A stretch of 64,000 nt of DNA. Origin: Candidatus Iainarchaeum sp. GTDB taxonomy: Archaea > Iainarchaeota > Iainarchaeia > Iainarchaeales > Iainarchaeaceae. Every line of letters starts with the position of its first letter. Position 1 is the stretch's first letter. The translations under genes and the position numbers were made by a program. The notes beneath the pieces are model-generated. The model saw only the letters and a list, made by a program, of their open reading frames with translations. It searched no databases and was not told the origin of the DNA. Positions 45,862 through 56,191 of the stretch are shown in pieces. The stretch spans positions 64,001 to 128,000 of the forward strand of contig JBDRLP010000027.1 of NCBI GenBank assembly GCA_043812975.1, written 5' to 3'.

Positions 45862-47361
45862 TTAGTAAAAATACCTGTACTCAACAGTGTATGTAACCTC
45901 TGCTTCTCCTTTTGCAGGAACATTCACATTGAATTCTATTTCGCTTGAACTCTTTTTATCATAAGGAAGCGAACTCTTTGTAACATTCCAGCTTGAACCA
46001 AGATACTCTTTAACCTTAACAGTTACTGCTTCATCTTTCTGGTTTTCCAGTTTAATTTTGTACTCATATCTGTAATATCCTTTGGTAATGTTTTCTGAAT
46101 TGGTTTGTGTTCTTTCTCCTGTAACATCAAATGCATTTCCTAAAAATAATTCTATTTCATCTTCTGTTTTTGTATGGTCTATTTCATCTTCTCCAACAAA
46201 TTGTAATTGTCCGTCAGAATCTTTTTTGTAAACCCTTACAATTCCTTTTGGTAAAGGCATTCCAAGTCCTTGTGATTCTGAATTTTTAAATCTAAGTTTT
46301 ACCTGAACTTTATTTCCGTTGCTTTGACCATCATAAACAAATTCTTTTTGTGACGGAACATTGTTTGAGGATAATAGTGAAATTTGTTTGGTTTCATTAT
46401 TGTTAATTGTGGTTTTTCTATCCAGAGTGTATAAATGGTATTCGAATAATGATTCTTCTCCGAATTGCTGAGGAACCGCAGCTCCAGATTCCATAGCATA
46501 ATCAAACACTTCTCTGTATTTAGGGCTTTCCTGTACTCTATGAACATCTCCTGCAACAAGTTTTAGTTTAGTATCAGGATAACCTGTTCCTGATTTATTT
46601 GTTATTGTTGTCCAACCAGTAAAGTCTAATGCAGTATCATTATCATTAACTGTTGCAATATAATCAGCCCTCCAATCTAATCCTGTTGTCAAGTAAACCG
46701 TTTGCGTTTCCCTGTTTCCGGCTTGTTCTGCATAAATTTTCCACACAAGAGTAGGTTTTGTAAGCAAACCACCTGGAAGTTCTGTAAATTCTATTTTGTT
46801 GTTGTTTGAAAGTGCAATTATTTTTCCTCCAGAATCCAGTACAACTCCGTCATTAAAACTCAGAAGTATTCCAGTGTATTCCCTAACTTCATTTCCTTCA
46901 ATAACCTGAACAGTAATTTCTTTATCTAAGTATTTTTCCAGAATTTTATTTTTGCTCACAAGATCATATTCATAATTTTGTTCAACAACAAACGAACTTG
47001 GAAAACTCAAATCCTGAAAGAAAACACTTGTAGCATCTATGCCTGATGCAATATCCTTAAACTGAACTAAATTAATTCCCTGCTCCAAAAACATTTCCCT
47101 GACATCTTTTACTAAAGCAAAATTCTGGTTGTAAACAGTTATTTCGCTGGAACCTTTTTCCCCAATATCTCTGGCGGGTCCTTCAAATAATGCTGTTTCT
47201 GGTTTTCCAACAGCAACTTTGTATGAAACTTCATTAATATTAAAATTTGGTTTTGCTTTTACAGTTATTTGCTCATTTCCGATTATGCTGTTTAATCCAA
47301 TCAAACCAATGATCAATATTACTGTTATTCCTAATACCATTTTTTTATCCATTTTTTTCAC
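45862..47361 (-). CDS. DUF4139 domain protein
   Basis: ITVYNQNFALVKDVR, LDWRADY, LFEYHLY, GMPLPKG.VRVY. Confidence 0.88.
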   Translation of the reverse strand: MKKMDKKMVLGITVILIIGLIGLNSIIGNEQITVKAKPNFNINEVSYKVAVGKPETALFEGPARDIGEKGSSEITVYNQNFALVKDVREMFLEQGINLVQFKDIASGIDATSVFFQDLSFPSSFVVEQNYEYDLVSKNKILEKYLDKEITVQVIEGNEVREYTGILLSFNDGVVLDSGGKIIALSNNNKIEFTELPGGLLTKPTLVWKIYAEQAGNRETQTVYLTTGLDWRADYIATVNDNDTALDFTGWTTITNKSGTGYPDTKLKLVAGDVHRVQESPKYREVFDYAMESGAAVPQQFGEESLFEYHLYTLDRKTTINNNETKQISLLSSNNVPSQKEFVYDGQSNGNKVQVKLRFKNSESQGLGMPLPKGIVRVYKKDSDGQLQFVGEDEIDHTKTEDEIELFLGNAFDVTGERTQTNSENITKGYYRYEYKIKLENQKDEAVTVKVKEYLGSSWNVTKSSLPYDKKSSSEIEFNVNVPAKGEAEVTYTVEYRYFY

Positions 47362-47417
47362 CTGATTAACTTACTCATTCCAGATTTAAACCTTTTTCTT
47401 TTTACTTAGTAATTTCC

Positions 47418-47648
47418 CTAATTTTCCTCAGCAAGCTGTGAAAGCCATAAAGTAACAAGCACAGCCACTATTGTAACAATAATCGCGTATACTGCCATTG
47501 GAAGTAAAGTATTTGGTTTCCCAAAAAATTCTATAAAAAGAGCCTGAATTGCGTCATTCCATGCTAATGCTGCTACAAACCCAAAAGCAGCAGTAACCAG
47601 GGTCACAAGCCTTTGAAATATTCTTTTTTTCTTTGGAACTATTCGCAT
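47418..47648 (-). CDS. DUF5654-like small membrane protein
   Basis: TAAFGFVAALAWNDAI motif. Confidence 0.85.
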   Translation of the reverse strand: MRIVPKKKRIFQRLVTLVTAAFGFVAALAWNDAIQALFIEFFGKPNTLLPMAVYAIIVTIVAVLVTLWLSQLAEEN

Positions 47649-47727
47649 TATTTCATTAGGAATTGGTGTATTTATTGTTTTTGGTTTTGCTGTTTCATTC
47701 TTAAACTTTTCAATGTGCTGCTTTATT

Positions 47728-49146
47728 ATGTGTTCAATTATCGGAATGTATTCAAAGCAGAAAAAAGACGTTTCTGGTTATTTGCATACTTTAATGGATT
47801 CATTAAAGCACAGGGGGCCTGAAGCATTCGGAATTAAAACTCCAAAAGAAGAATCAAAATCCAAATCATTTAAACAATTAAAACTTCCAAAAAGTTCTGT
47901 GGGCCTTGGACATTGTTTGCTTTCCACTACTGGTTATGGTATACAACCGCTTTCAAAAGGAAATGTTTCAGTTTCTCATAATGGTCAGATTTACAATTAC
48001 AAAAAACTTGTAAAGGAAAAAAAATTAGTTTCTGATTCTGAATCTATTGTTCATTTTTTTGCAAACGAACTAAAAAAAAGTTCTTTTGAAAATGCGTTAA
48101 AAAAATTCATGAAAAAAGCAGAAGGAGAATATTCTGTTGGTTTGCTTCACAGAAATTCATTGTATGCTTTCCGAGACCCAATAGGGCTGAAACCATTGTG
48201 GTTTGGTTCTAATGATTTTGTTTTTGCTTTTGCTTCAGAGCCAAGTGCTTTAATGAAAATCGATATTCAGTTTCCACAGCCAGTACTTCCGGGTTATATG
48301 TTAAAAATAACAAAAAATGGGTTTGAAACAAAACCAATTTTTACTATTGAAAACTTCAAAAAAATGATTCCAAAAAAACATTCAACAAAAAACCTAAAAT
48401 TTGCTTTTGATGAAACAATTGAATTACAAACACAAGGGTTGCAGAAAGCAGCGGTCCTTTTTAGCGGAGGCGTTGATTCTTCCTTAATTGCAAAGGCTGT
48501 TGCTGAAAAAGTTCCTGATACAAAGCTTTTTGTTTGCGGAACTAAAAACAGCCAGGATATGGTTGCTGCTAAAGAAGTTGCTAAAGAATTAAGATTGGAA
48601 TTAGAATCAATTGAACTTTCCGAGGAGAAAATAAAAAAACTCATGTTTCGTTCAATGAAAATTATTTCTTTTTTTGATGAAATGCAATTAGGGATTGCTG
48701 TTCCCGAACTTGCTTGTGCAAAAGAAATATCAAAACAGGGTTATAAAGTTGTTTTTTCAGGCCAAGGAAGTGATGAGATTTTTTGCGGTTATTCCAATTA
48801 TGCCAGAATCCTCAAGGAAAAAGGGTATATTGCGGTTGAGAAAGAAATCTGGTTTTCTCTTTCAAGAATGTGGTCAAGGAATTTTTACAGAGATGATGTA
48901 ATAATTGCTAGTGAATCCCTTGAATTAAGGGTTCCGTTAGTTTCAATGCAGTTTTTGAAAGAAGCAATGGCTGTTCCTGCAAAAGAAAAAATCCATTCTG
49001 TAAATGACAAACTCAGAAAATGGCCTGTTAGGGAAATCGCAAAACTTTATGGTATTTCTGATTTTGTTGCTTTAAAACCCAAGAAAGCTTTACAGTACGG
49101 TTCTGGTTCTCAAAAAATTGTTTCAAAAATATTAAAAGGGAATTAA
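47728..49146 (+). CDS. asnB: Asparagine synthetase (glutamine-hydrolysing)-like protein
   Basis: N-terminal MCSI, HRGP, HNGQIYN, RDPIG.KPL, LFSGGVDSS, SGQGSDE. Confidence 0.88.
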   Translation: MCSIIGMYSKQKKDVSGYLHTLMDSLKHRGPEAFGIKTPKEESKSKSFKQLKLPKSSVGLGHCLLSTTGYGIQPLSKGNVSVSHNGQIYNYKKLVKEKKLVSDSESIVHFFANELKKSSFENALKKFMKKAEGEYSVGLLHRNSLYAFRDPIGLKPLWFGSNDFVFAFASEPSALMKIDIQFPQPVLPGYMLKITKNGFETKPIFTIENFKKMIPKKHSTKNLKFAFDETIELQTQGLQKAAVLFSGGVDSSLIAKAVAEKVPDTKLFVCGTKNSQDMVAAKEVAKELRLELESIELSEEKIKKLMFRSMKIISFFDEMQLGIAVPELACAKEISKQGYKVVFSGQGSDEIFCGYSNYARILKEKGYIAVEKEIWFSLSRMWSRNFYRDDVIIASESLELRVPLVSMQFLKEAMAVPAKEKIHSVNDKLRKWPVREIAKLYGISDFVALKPKKALQYGSGSQKIVSKILKGN

Positions 49147-49647
49147 TCAGGATTCTTCAATTATTAATGAAACCCTATCTACTACTTTGCAAGTATCAGG
49201 CAGCCCAGGTACTACTTCCCCTTGCTTATAAAATGCCACTGTTCTTGTTTCTATAATATCGGTTCCATCCAAAGAAACAGAACATTCAAGAACTCCTGTA
49301 ACAAGAACTTGCCTGATAGCAGGCACAGTAATTACCGGGCCTGTCGTAAATATACAGTCAACAGAGGATTTTGAATTAAAATTAGTTATTATTGCTTGTA
49401 AATAATTTCTTATGTTATCTGCATTAAACTGATCACAACTCGGTGCACTTAAATAATCAAAATAATTTTTGGATGTTGCTTTATCAAGAATCCAGATTAA
49501 GTTATTTGCTTTTACATTAACCTCCCTTGCAGCTTCCATTTTTATGAAAGCGTCATTGTTACTTGTAATGTTTAATGATGCGTTTGCAACAAAAATTAGT
49601 AATGCGATTGCTCCAACCGCAACCCATGCTGAAATAAATCCTTTCAT
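49147..49647 (-). CDS. Minor pilin-like protein
   Basis: MKG/F plus hydrophobic helix; in the pilus locus. Confidence 0.7.
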   Translation of the reverse strand: MKGFISAWVAVGAIALLIFVANASLNITSNNDAFIKMEAAREVNVKANNLIWILDKATSKNYFDYLSAPSCDQFNADNIRNYLQAIITNFNSKSSVDCIFTTGPVITVPAIRQVLVTGVLECSVSLDGTDIIETRTVAFYKQGEVVPGLPDTCKVVDRVSLIIEES

Positions 49648-49931
49648 GTTGCTCTGCATTCTTTCACCTTGCTTTTAACAGTTGGAGTAGTTCCACTAAA
49701 CTCAAATAATTCTTTGCAGTTTACTGTTGGTCCTGCATTTTCATTATTAGATGTGCTGAGAGTTTCATTAGTATAAAAAACAATTAATGCATTATCTGTT
49801 GCTTTTGCACTCAACAGAACTTGTGGCGCTTCTCCGTTTGAAGCAAGATTAGAAATCGCCAATCCTGAAAAAAGAGCTATGATTACAACCATTGCCAGAA
49901 TTGCATCTGTACTGAATATTACTCCTTTCAT
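49644..49931 (-). CDS. Minor pilin-like protein
   Basis: MKG/VIFSTDA plus hydrophobic helix. Confidence 0.75.
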   Translation of the reverse strand: MKGVIFSTDAILAMVVIIALFSGLAISNLASNGEAPQVLLSAKATDNALIVFYTNETLSTSNNENAGPTVNCKELFEFSGTTPTVKSKVKECRAT

Positions 49932-50500
49932 GTCAACCACACCTTTATTGTTAATTCATTTACTGTTGGACTGTAAGGGCAACTACCCATTCCACTAATA
50001 CAATTATCAAATCCTGCTTTTTCAATATTATCTCCGCTTAAAAATTTTCTTTTAATAACCAGAACATTTTCAGTATTTTCCAGAGCGTCAGTTTGGCATG
50101 CACTTGTCATTTTTCGCGGCAATGTAGAAGGATTACTTTCATCAACAAGAGTTACGTAACAACCAATGTTGTCTGGTATCATTAATTCTGCCTTTGTAGT
50201 ATCTTCAAAAAGATTTAATGGGTCATTTGGATTAACACAACCCAATAATTCATAACCCTGATCACTAAACTTTACAGTTCCAGCATTACTTGGATCACAA
50301 CTATTTTCTCCAATGTAATTGTTTCCTGCATTAATTGCTATTGCAGTTAATTCATTTCTCAATCTTGCTTCTTTGATTTCATAAGAGCTTAATTCATAAA
50401 CATTCAGAAGCATTCCTATTGCTAATACTGCTAATGTCATTGCTATTAGGAAATCAAGCGAAAATATTTGTCCTTTTGTTTTTTGTTTTTCCATTATCAT
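49928..50500 (-). CDS. Minor pilin-like protein
   Basis: KGQ/IFSLDF class III signal. Confidence 0.8.
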   Translation of the reverse strand: MIMEKQKTKGQIFSLDFLIAMTLAVLAIGMLLNVYELSSYEIKEARLRNELTAIAINAGNNYIGENSCDPSNAGTVKFSDQGYELLGCVNPNDPLNLFEDTTKAELMIPDNIGCYVTLVDESNPSTLPRKMTSACQTDALENTENVLVIKRKFLSGDNIEKAGFDNCISGMGSCPYSPTVNELTIKVWLT

Positions 50501-50880
50501 ACCTTCGTAATCGTTATTATATCTCCACATTTGATTCCTGGATTTGGAGTAAATGTAACCCCAATTAAATCAAGTCCGGTATAACTGCTTTCTATTCCTG
50601 AATCAGGATTCCGAATAGTAATGCTTCCATTTGCTGAAGTATCAATTACCACTTCACAATCAATCGGACTTGGAATAGTATACTGCACCTTAACACCATA
50701 AGCCTTTACTGCGCCTATTGTGCTGTAAACATCCAGTCGTATCGAATCTAGTGCATTTTGAGTTTCTGATTCCTGGATTGTTGCATTGAATCCTTCCATG
50801 TAATTCTGCATTAAAATCAGGAACAAAACCATCGCAAATATGGCTAGCAGAAGATCTATACTTAATTGTCCTTTTTTCAT
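50497..50880 (-). CDS. Pilin-like protein
   Basis: KKGQ/LSIDLL class III signal. Confidence 0.8.
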   Translation of the reverse strand: MKKGQLSIDLLLAIFAMVLFLILMQNYMEGFNATIQESETQNALDSIRLDVYSTIGAVKAYGVKVQYTIPSPIDCEVVIDTSANGSITIRNPDSGIESSYTGLDLIGVTFTPNPGIKCGDIITITKV

Positions 50881-50927
50881 TGTTATTGAATATACATTCT
50901 TTTTATATAAAATTAGCGTCAGACTGT

Positions 50928-51626
50928 TTATTCTAAGTAATAATGATTTACTGCGTTTAGATTTTCATCCAGCTCATAAACAAGAGGTTTACCAGTGGGT
51001 ATTTCAAGAGACGGTATTTCAGCATCACTAACATTATCTAAATGCTTCACAAGTGCCCTTAAACTATTCCCATGAGCTGAAATAAGAATTTTCTTTTTTT
51101 GTCTTAGTTGAGGAACAATTTCACTTTCCCAATAAGGAAGAACCCTTTCAATGGTGTCCTTGAGGCTTTCGCCTAAGGGTCTTTGATCATCACTTAATTC
51201 AGAATAAATTTCATCATAACTTGGGTTGTTTTTATCATTTTTTTCAAAAAGAGGAGGTTTTGTGTCAAAGCTTCTTCTCCAGATCTGTACTTGTTTTTCA
51301 CCATGTTTTTTTCTCATCTCGTCTTTATTCAATCCAATCAATGCACCGTAGTGTCTTTCATTAAGTCTCCAGCTTTTTTTAATCGGAACATCCAAACCCA
51401 TTTCTTTCAAACATAAATCTGTTGTTTTTGTTGCTCTTTTTAAGTAAGAAGTGTAAACAAGGTCAAAAGAATATCCTTTTTCTTTCAATATTTTTCCTGC
51501 ATTAATACATTCTTGTATTCCTTTTTCAGAAAGATCAACATCTTTCCACCCGGTAAATCTGTTTTCCAGATTCCACTGGCTCTGTCCGTGTCTTAGTAAA
51601 ACAAGTTTTATTGTTTTTGTCATCAA
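50928..51626 (-). CDS. gpmA: 2,3-bisphosphoglycerate-dependent phosphoglycerate mutase
   Basis: RHGQSQWN.ENRFTGW, LNERHYG, AHGNSLR. Confidence 0.96.
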   Translation of the reverse strand: MMTKTIKLVLLRHGQSQWNLENRFTGWKDVDLSEKGIQECINAGKILKEKGYSFDLVYTSYLKRATKTTDLCLKEMGLDVPIKKSWRLNERHYGALIGLNKDEMRKKHGEKQVQIWRRSFDTKPPLFEKNDKNNPSYDEIYSELSDDQRPLGESLKDTIERVLPYWESEIVPQLRQKKKILISAHGNSLRALVKHLDNVSDAEIPSLEIPTGKPLVYELDENLNAVNHYYLE

Positions 51627-51982
51627 ATCACATTCAATTGTTCCTGGTTTCCTTTATTATCAAAAGCCTTGATTGTATTTAAATCGTAAGGGTAACTTAT
51701 GATGATGTGAATTTTTCCGAATTTTCTGAATGCATCAACATCTGCTTTTGAAGGCTGATTATAAACTGAAGGATGGCTATGAATAGTTCCGATGATTTTA
51801 TTATCAAAAGGAATTAAATCAGCTCTGAAGCTTGAAAAGTTTTTTCCATAAGTAGCCGGAATAATAACCAGTTCTTCAATAAGCAGGTTTGTTCCGCCAA
51901 GCATTGAAAAGAATTCATCAGGATAAACATTCTTTGCCGCGATTATTATTGATTCAATAACTTCTTTTTTTATTTTGAACAT
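51623..51982 (-). CDS. JAB/MPN metalloprotease
   Basis: YPDEF, HSHPS...PS.AD. Confidence 0.92.
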   Translation of the reverse strand: MFKIKKEVIESIIIAAKNVYPDEFFSMLGGTNLLIEELVIIPATYGKNFSSFRADLIPFDNKIIGTIHSHPSVYNQPSKADVDAFRKFGKIHIIISYPYDLNTIKAFDNKGNQEQLNVI

Positions 51983-52004
51983 AAGTAGATTTCTTTTTTG
52001 TTAT

Positions 52005-53174
52005 TTAAAAACTAATTCCAAGATAAAAAAGCATTGTCGGAACCATGAGAAAAGACATTGCCAAGCCTCTTTTTACTTTGCTTGCCAAACCAAACAAAGA
52101 CACTCCTGCAGCACTCAAAGTCGCAATTAAACCAATTACTCCTGAAAAATAAATTACAATAAAAACCAGAAATACTAATATTCCCTTGCTTATGTTTTGA
52201 TAGTTAATTTTTGTAATTTTTATTGCTTCTCCTGCAACAAATTCACTAGTAATCGCAGCCAAACCAACACTAAAAGCAGCCCCTGCAAGTAATATTGGGA
52301 AAATTTTTAAATCCGTAGAAATAATGCTGTTTAATGCTACTGTCATCCCAGTTCTTGTTTTTCCAATAACAAAAAACATTAGTAAACTAAACAATAAATT
52401 GGCCGTGTTTATTCCTCCGATTATTGTCAAGTAACCTCGTTTTCCGATGTTTTTGAAAATTTTTTTTGAAACAAAAGCCGCCTGGCTAGGGCCTACTCCT
52501 GGAAATATTGAAATTAATCCTGCGACAAAACCAGCTAGTAATGCAGTTTTTGAACTTCCTTGTCCAAAACTCTTTTTTTGTTCTGGAATTTTAGTATCTG
52601 AAAAAATTGATTGTAATAAACTCGGTATTGCAAAAAAACCTATTACTAATACCAAAATAGGATTTTTTATTCCTGAATTAAGAGCAATAATTCCTAATGT
52701 GGCTGAAATGAATATTACAATAAGCGCATTAGGTTTCTTTTTTTCGCTGAGGAATAATAAAAGTAATGTCCCGAATAAGATTGCAGGAATTATTAAAGGT
52801 AAAATTTCATTATAATTATTTGTAAAAGAAAAAAAGAATGGCATTAAAATTAATGATATTATTGAAGCAAATAATCCTCCAAAAATAGTTAGTTGTATTG
52901 CTTCAAATCCTTTTCCCTGTAAAAGCATTCTGTGCCCTGGAAGAATGCTCAGAAAACTTTCTTCTGATGGTGCGCCCAATAAAATTGTCGGGATTGCATC
53001 AACAAAAGAATGAGTAATGCTCATGGAAATTACAAACAAAGCAAACCCGAGATTTTTTTCCAAGGGTGAATAAATTGTTATTAATGCAATTGTGTTTGCA
53101 TGCAGTCCAGGAATTAAACCTGTTATTGTTCCTGCAATAATTCCGATTAATAAAAAACTTATTTCTTCTATCAA
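52005..53174 (-). CDS. TctA-like (DUF112) membrane protein
   Basis: TGLIPGLHAN, IPTILLGAP, LPGHRML..GKG. Confidence 0.88.
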   Translation of the reverse strand: MIEEISFLLIGIIAGTITGLIPGLHANTIALITIYSPLEKNLGFALFVISMSITHSFVDAIPTILLGAPSEESFLSILPGHRMLLQGKGFEAIQLTIFGGLFASIISLILMPFFFSFTNNYNEILPLIIPAILFGTLLLLFLSEKKKPNALIVIFISATLGIIALNSGIKNPILVLVIGFFAIPSLLQSIFSDTKIPEQKKSFGQGSSKTALLAGFVAGLISIFPGVGPSQAAFVSKKIFKNIGKRGYLTIIGGINTANLLFSLLMFFVIGKTRTGMTVALNSIISTDLKIFPILLAGAAFSVGLAAITSEFVAGEAIKITKINYQNISKGILVFLVFIVIYFSGVIGLIATLSAAGVSLFGLASKVKRGLAMSFLMVPTMLFYLGISF

Positions 53175-53524
53175 ATTCTCTCAACCTTTTCCACTATTAA
53201 CTCTAATTCATTTTTGTAAAGGCTGATTTTTGCTGTGGCTTTCACTGTTTCATTTTCTTTCAGAAGAAGCATTTGCTCAGTTTTTGGTTGAAAATAAACA
53301 GATTTTATTCTTCCTTCATTTTCTAAGTAAAAGAATACATTTCCGTTTCGGATTTTTAGTTCTTTAATAATTCCAATAATTTTTACATTTTCCCCGATAT
53401 GCTCTTGTTTTATTTCAGTTACTCTTAAATTTTTCTCTTCAGGCAAAACCATTGCCAGAACTAGTATTCCTAGTAATGCCAGTCCAAGGCCTATTATTTT
53501 AGTTTTATGAAGGTCAAACAGCAT
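53171..53524 (-). CDS. Membrane-anchored OB-fold protein
   Basis: TM helix then VKIIG.I...F.L...YKNELELIV. Confidence 0.8.
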   Translation of the reverse strand: MLFDLHKTKIIGLGLALLGILVLAMVLPEEKNLRVTEIKQEHIGENVKIIGIIKELKIRNGNVFFYLENEGRIKSVYFQPKTEQMLLLKENETVKATAKISLYKNELELIVEKVERI

Positions 53525-53572
53525 ATTATTAGTCTAATAGAAAAAGAATAAAAATTCGTTGATTGACGAATA

Positions 53573-53935
53573 TCAGCAGATTAGTGGTAATTCTGAATAA
53601 TCAAAATTTATAGTAATAATAGGATCAAATGCCGCTCTTACTTTAGATTCAATTGCATCTCCGGTTTCACTCAGGGGGCCTGTTGGAGGAGGATATAAAC
53701 TAGGGATTGTAACTATTGAAACAGTTAATGTGTCGACATCTTCACAGGTCTGTATTCTTTGAAGGGCATAGCTTTTGTTTGTTTTTTCTATTTCACTTAT
53801 CACAATCTGCCTTACTGTTGCATCGTTAAAAATATTATCTTGGTACATCATGAACTTTCCAAGTATTAATGTCGATATTGCAATTATCACTCCGGCAATT
53901 ATCACTACTTCAATACTCAGCTGACCTTTTTCCAA
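53573..53935 (-). CDS. Pilin-like protein
   Basis: KGQ/LSIE class III signal. Confidence 0.8.
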   Translation of the reverse strand: MEKGQLSIEVVIIAGVIIAISTLILGKFMMYQDNIFNDATVRQIVISEIEKTNKSYALQRIQTCEDVDTLTVSIVTIPSLYPPPTGPLSETGDAIESKVRAAFDPIITINFDYSELPLIC

Positions 53936-53950
53936 TCATATCGCCTGTTT

Positions 53951-54418
53951 TTATATAAATCTTACATTAATTCCAGAAGGACTAATTCCTGATTCTTTGT
54001 CCACAGTAACTATTATCAATCTAGAATTGGGTTCTGCATCATCGGGAATTGGTTCAAAACAATCAAATTCCGCCCCTACATCTATTGTGTTTGTACAACT
54101 TCCTGAAACACAATAGGGTATATTAATTTGATTATGAGAAAGTGCAGAGTATGTTGTTTCTAACAAATTTCCTGAACAGTTTATTGTTGCTTCTGCAGGA
54201 ACAACAATGTTAATTGTTTGTTTTGTTCCTTCTCCGGATAATGCTACAAATTGTATTGTGTCTGCTAATTTTTCTGCAGAAACTTTAAGCTTGCTCAGAT
54301 TGGCAACATCTTTTGTTGAATTTGATGCCAATTCAGCACTTGGTTGTACAAGAGCTACAATAAACATTATAGCAATGAGTATTGTAAAAAGAAATTCAAC
54401 CGATGCTTGTCCTTTCAT
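53951..54418 (-). CDS. Pilin-like protein
   Basis: MKGQ/ASVEF class III signal. Confidence 0.82.
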   Translation of the reverse strand: MKGQASVEFLFTILIAIMFIVALVQPSAELASNSTKDVANLSKLKVSAEKLADTIQFVALSGEGTKQTINIVVPAEATINCSGNLLETTYSALSHNQINIPYCVSGSCTNTIDVGAEFDCFEPIPDDAEPNSRLIIVTVDKESGISPSGINVRFI

Positions 54419-55548
54419 CCCAGTATTAGATTCCATAAAAAATCTCCTGTTAATTGAAGTGCGATATATGCGATGAAGATTGCTGGAACAAACGCCATTG
54501 TTTTTCTTACTTTAATTTCTTTTGGCGCTAATCCTTTTTTTGCTTTTTCTTTAAGCATTGCAACATCTTCTTCGGTAAAGCCTCCTGCTTGTGATGGACC
54601 CCCAATTATTTTTCCTTTAATTTGGAAGTCTTCCAATGAGCTTTCTATTTTATTATTCATTAAGTTCTTTATAACTCTTTTTATTGACGGTCCTTCCACT
54701 AATTCAATTTTTTCCTTCTTCTGAACCATATAAACATCAGATATCATCCCTTCTTCTAAATCACTAATTTTTATTGTTTCTTTGAAAGCATATTCTCTTG
54801 TTTCATTATACAATTTCCAGAACCAGTAACCAATTAACAAGGGGAAGAAAACAAAAGCAGCATCCATTATGAATATCTCATAATTCAGAACCAAACCAAC
54901 AATACCAACACTTATAACAAATAAATATCTTATTTTTCTTGGCAAAGCAGAGATTATTATTAATGCAGGGAATATCAAAAACTCAGTAACTGCCAATTGT
55001 TCAATACTTAATTTCAAACCTGCGATAAGAATCCCCAAACCTAAAAGGTTCTTTGATTTATCCTTCATTATTTCAAAAGTTTTTCCTATTATTTCAGGGT
55101 GTTTTCTCAAAGCAGTAAAGCTCATTAAAATTCCTAATGGGAAAACAGCAAGAGCAGAGTAAAGTATTAAGCTGAAAGAAAAAATCGGGAGTTCTATTGT
55201 AGTAAAAGGCCAGTTAGTTAATTGAATAGCATTTGCAAGTACTGCATAATTTACTGGATTAACAATTGCTAAAGCGGTTACTAGTTTTACATCTCCTCCG
55301 GCCCATACTCCTAATTTCCATAATAAGTAGGATACTCCGAATGCTATTGCTCCTGCGCCTATTGCAAACAATAATGGTTCTATTGATTCAGCTTTTATAC
55401 TTTCAATTATTTTAAGCCCCAACCCTGCTCCTATTAGTGTGTAGGTTAGTTTGTTGTAAACCATCCGTTCCTTAAGGTCTGTATAAGTAGCAATTAGTAG
55501 AGCTATGATTGATAAGAAAAAGTAAAGCAGGATGATCACAAGAATCAT
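54415..55548 (-). CDS. Prepilin peptidase (A24, EppA/FlaK-like)
   Basis: YTDLKER, WAGGDVKL, LEEGMI, MAFVPAI. Confidence 0.92.
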   Translation of the reverse strand: MILVIILLYFFLSIIALLIATYTDLKERMVYNKLTYTLIGAGLGLKIIESIKAESIEPLLFAIGAGAIAFGVSYLLWKLGVWAGGDVKLVTALAIVNPVNYAVLANAIQLTNWPFTTIELPIFSFSLILYSALAVFPLGILMSFTALRKHPEIIGKTFEIMKDKSKNLLGLGILIAGLKLSIEQLAVTEFLIFPALIIISALPRKIRYLFVISVGIVGLVLNYEIFIMDAAFVFFPLLIGYWFWKLYNETREYAFKETIKISDLEEGMISDVYMVQKKEKIELVEGPSIKRVIKNLMNNKIESSLEDFQIKGKIIGGPSQAGGFTEEDVAMLKEKAKKGLAPKEIKVRKTMAFVPAIFIAYIALQLTGDFLWNLILG

Positions 55549-55715
55549 CCTGTTAGAGTTTGGATAATATCATTTCTGTTTTGAATTACTTGCATCTGTG
55601 CCTTGTCAGCCATTCGATCCATACCAAAAGCAATTATGGTTACGGCGATTACCAACATCAGTGCAAAGAGCACTGTAAATAAGTATTCCACCGAAACCTG
55701 AGCTTTTTCATTCAT
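55545..55715 (-). CDS. Small pilin (56 aa)
   Basis: Manual ORF MNEKAQVSVEYLFTVLFALMLVIAV... Confidence 0.85.
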   Translation of the reverse strand: MNEKAQVSVEYLFTVLFALMLVIAVTIIAFGMDRMADKAQMQVIQNRNDIIQTLTG

Positions 55716-55730
55716 TAAAAATCACTAGTT

Positions 55731-55997
55731 TTACGACGCTGTTGCAGTACAGTTTGGGTATGTTCCGCCGCATGTATAGGTAATCTGGTCAACTAGTACG
55801 GTACCGCCGCAAGCTCTTGGATTAGCCAAAGCTGCTTGTTGTGTACACAATGATGTAGCTGCTGATAACCCTGTTTGTGTTCCTCCGGTATCTGCAATAC
55901 TTAACAGCAGTGTGATAACTATGACTGCGACCAGTACTGCTCCTCCAATTAAGAGAAGATATTCTAGTGCTCCTTGTCCTTTTTTATCCAAAATCAT
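55731..55997 (-). CDS. Probable major pilin
   Basis: KKGQ/GALEYLLLIGGAVLVAVIVITL; strong SD ggaggt. Confidence 0.88.
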   Translation of the reverse strand: MILDKKGQGALEYLLLIGGAVLVAVIVITLLLSIADTGGTQTGLSAATSLCTQQAALANPRACGGTVLVDQITYTCGGTYPNCTATAS

Positions 55998-56026
55998 TAC
56001 CTCCTTTGCGTTTTATTGAATAAATA

Positions 56027-56191
56027 TTATGTGCTTGTGGACTCAATGGCCTCATTAATCCGAGTCCCGCCTTCTTCTACTACATTTTGTTTTATTCCGA
56101 GCATTATAAATGTTACAACTAATATTACTGCTCCAAGTAAAACTAATATTTCTACTGAAGTTTGTCCTTTTTCTTCTTGTAACAATTTCAT
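56027..56191 (-). CDS. Small pilin (54 aa)
   Basis: Manual ORF MKLLQEEKGQTSVEILVLLGAVILVV... Confidence 0.85.
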   Translation of the reverse strand: MKLLQEEKGQTSVEILVLLGAVILVVTFIMLGIKQNVVEEGGTRINEAIESTST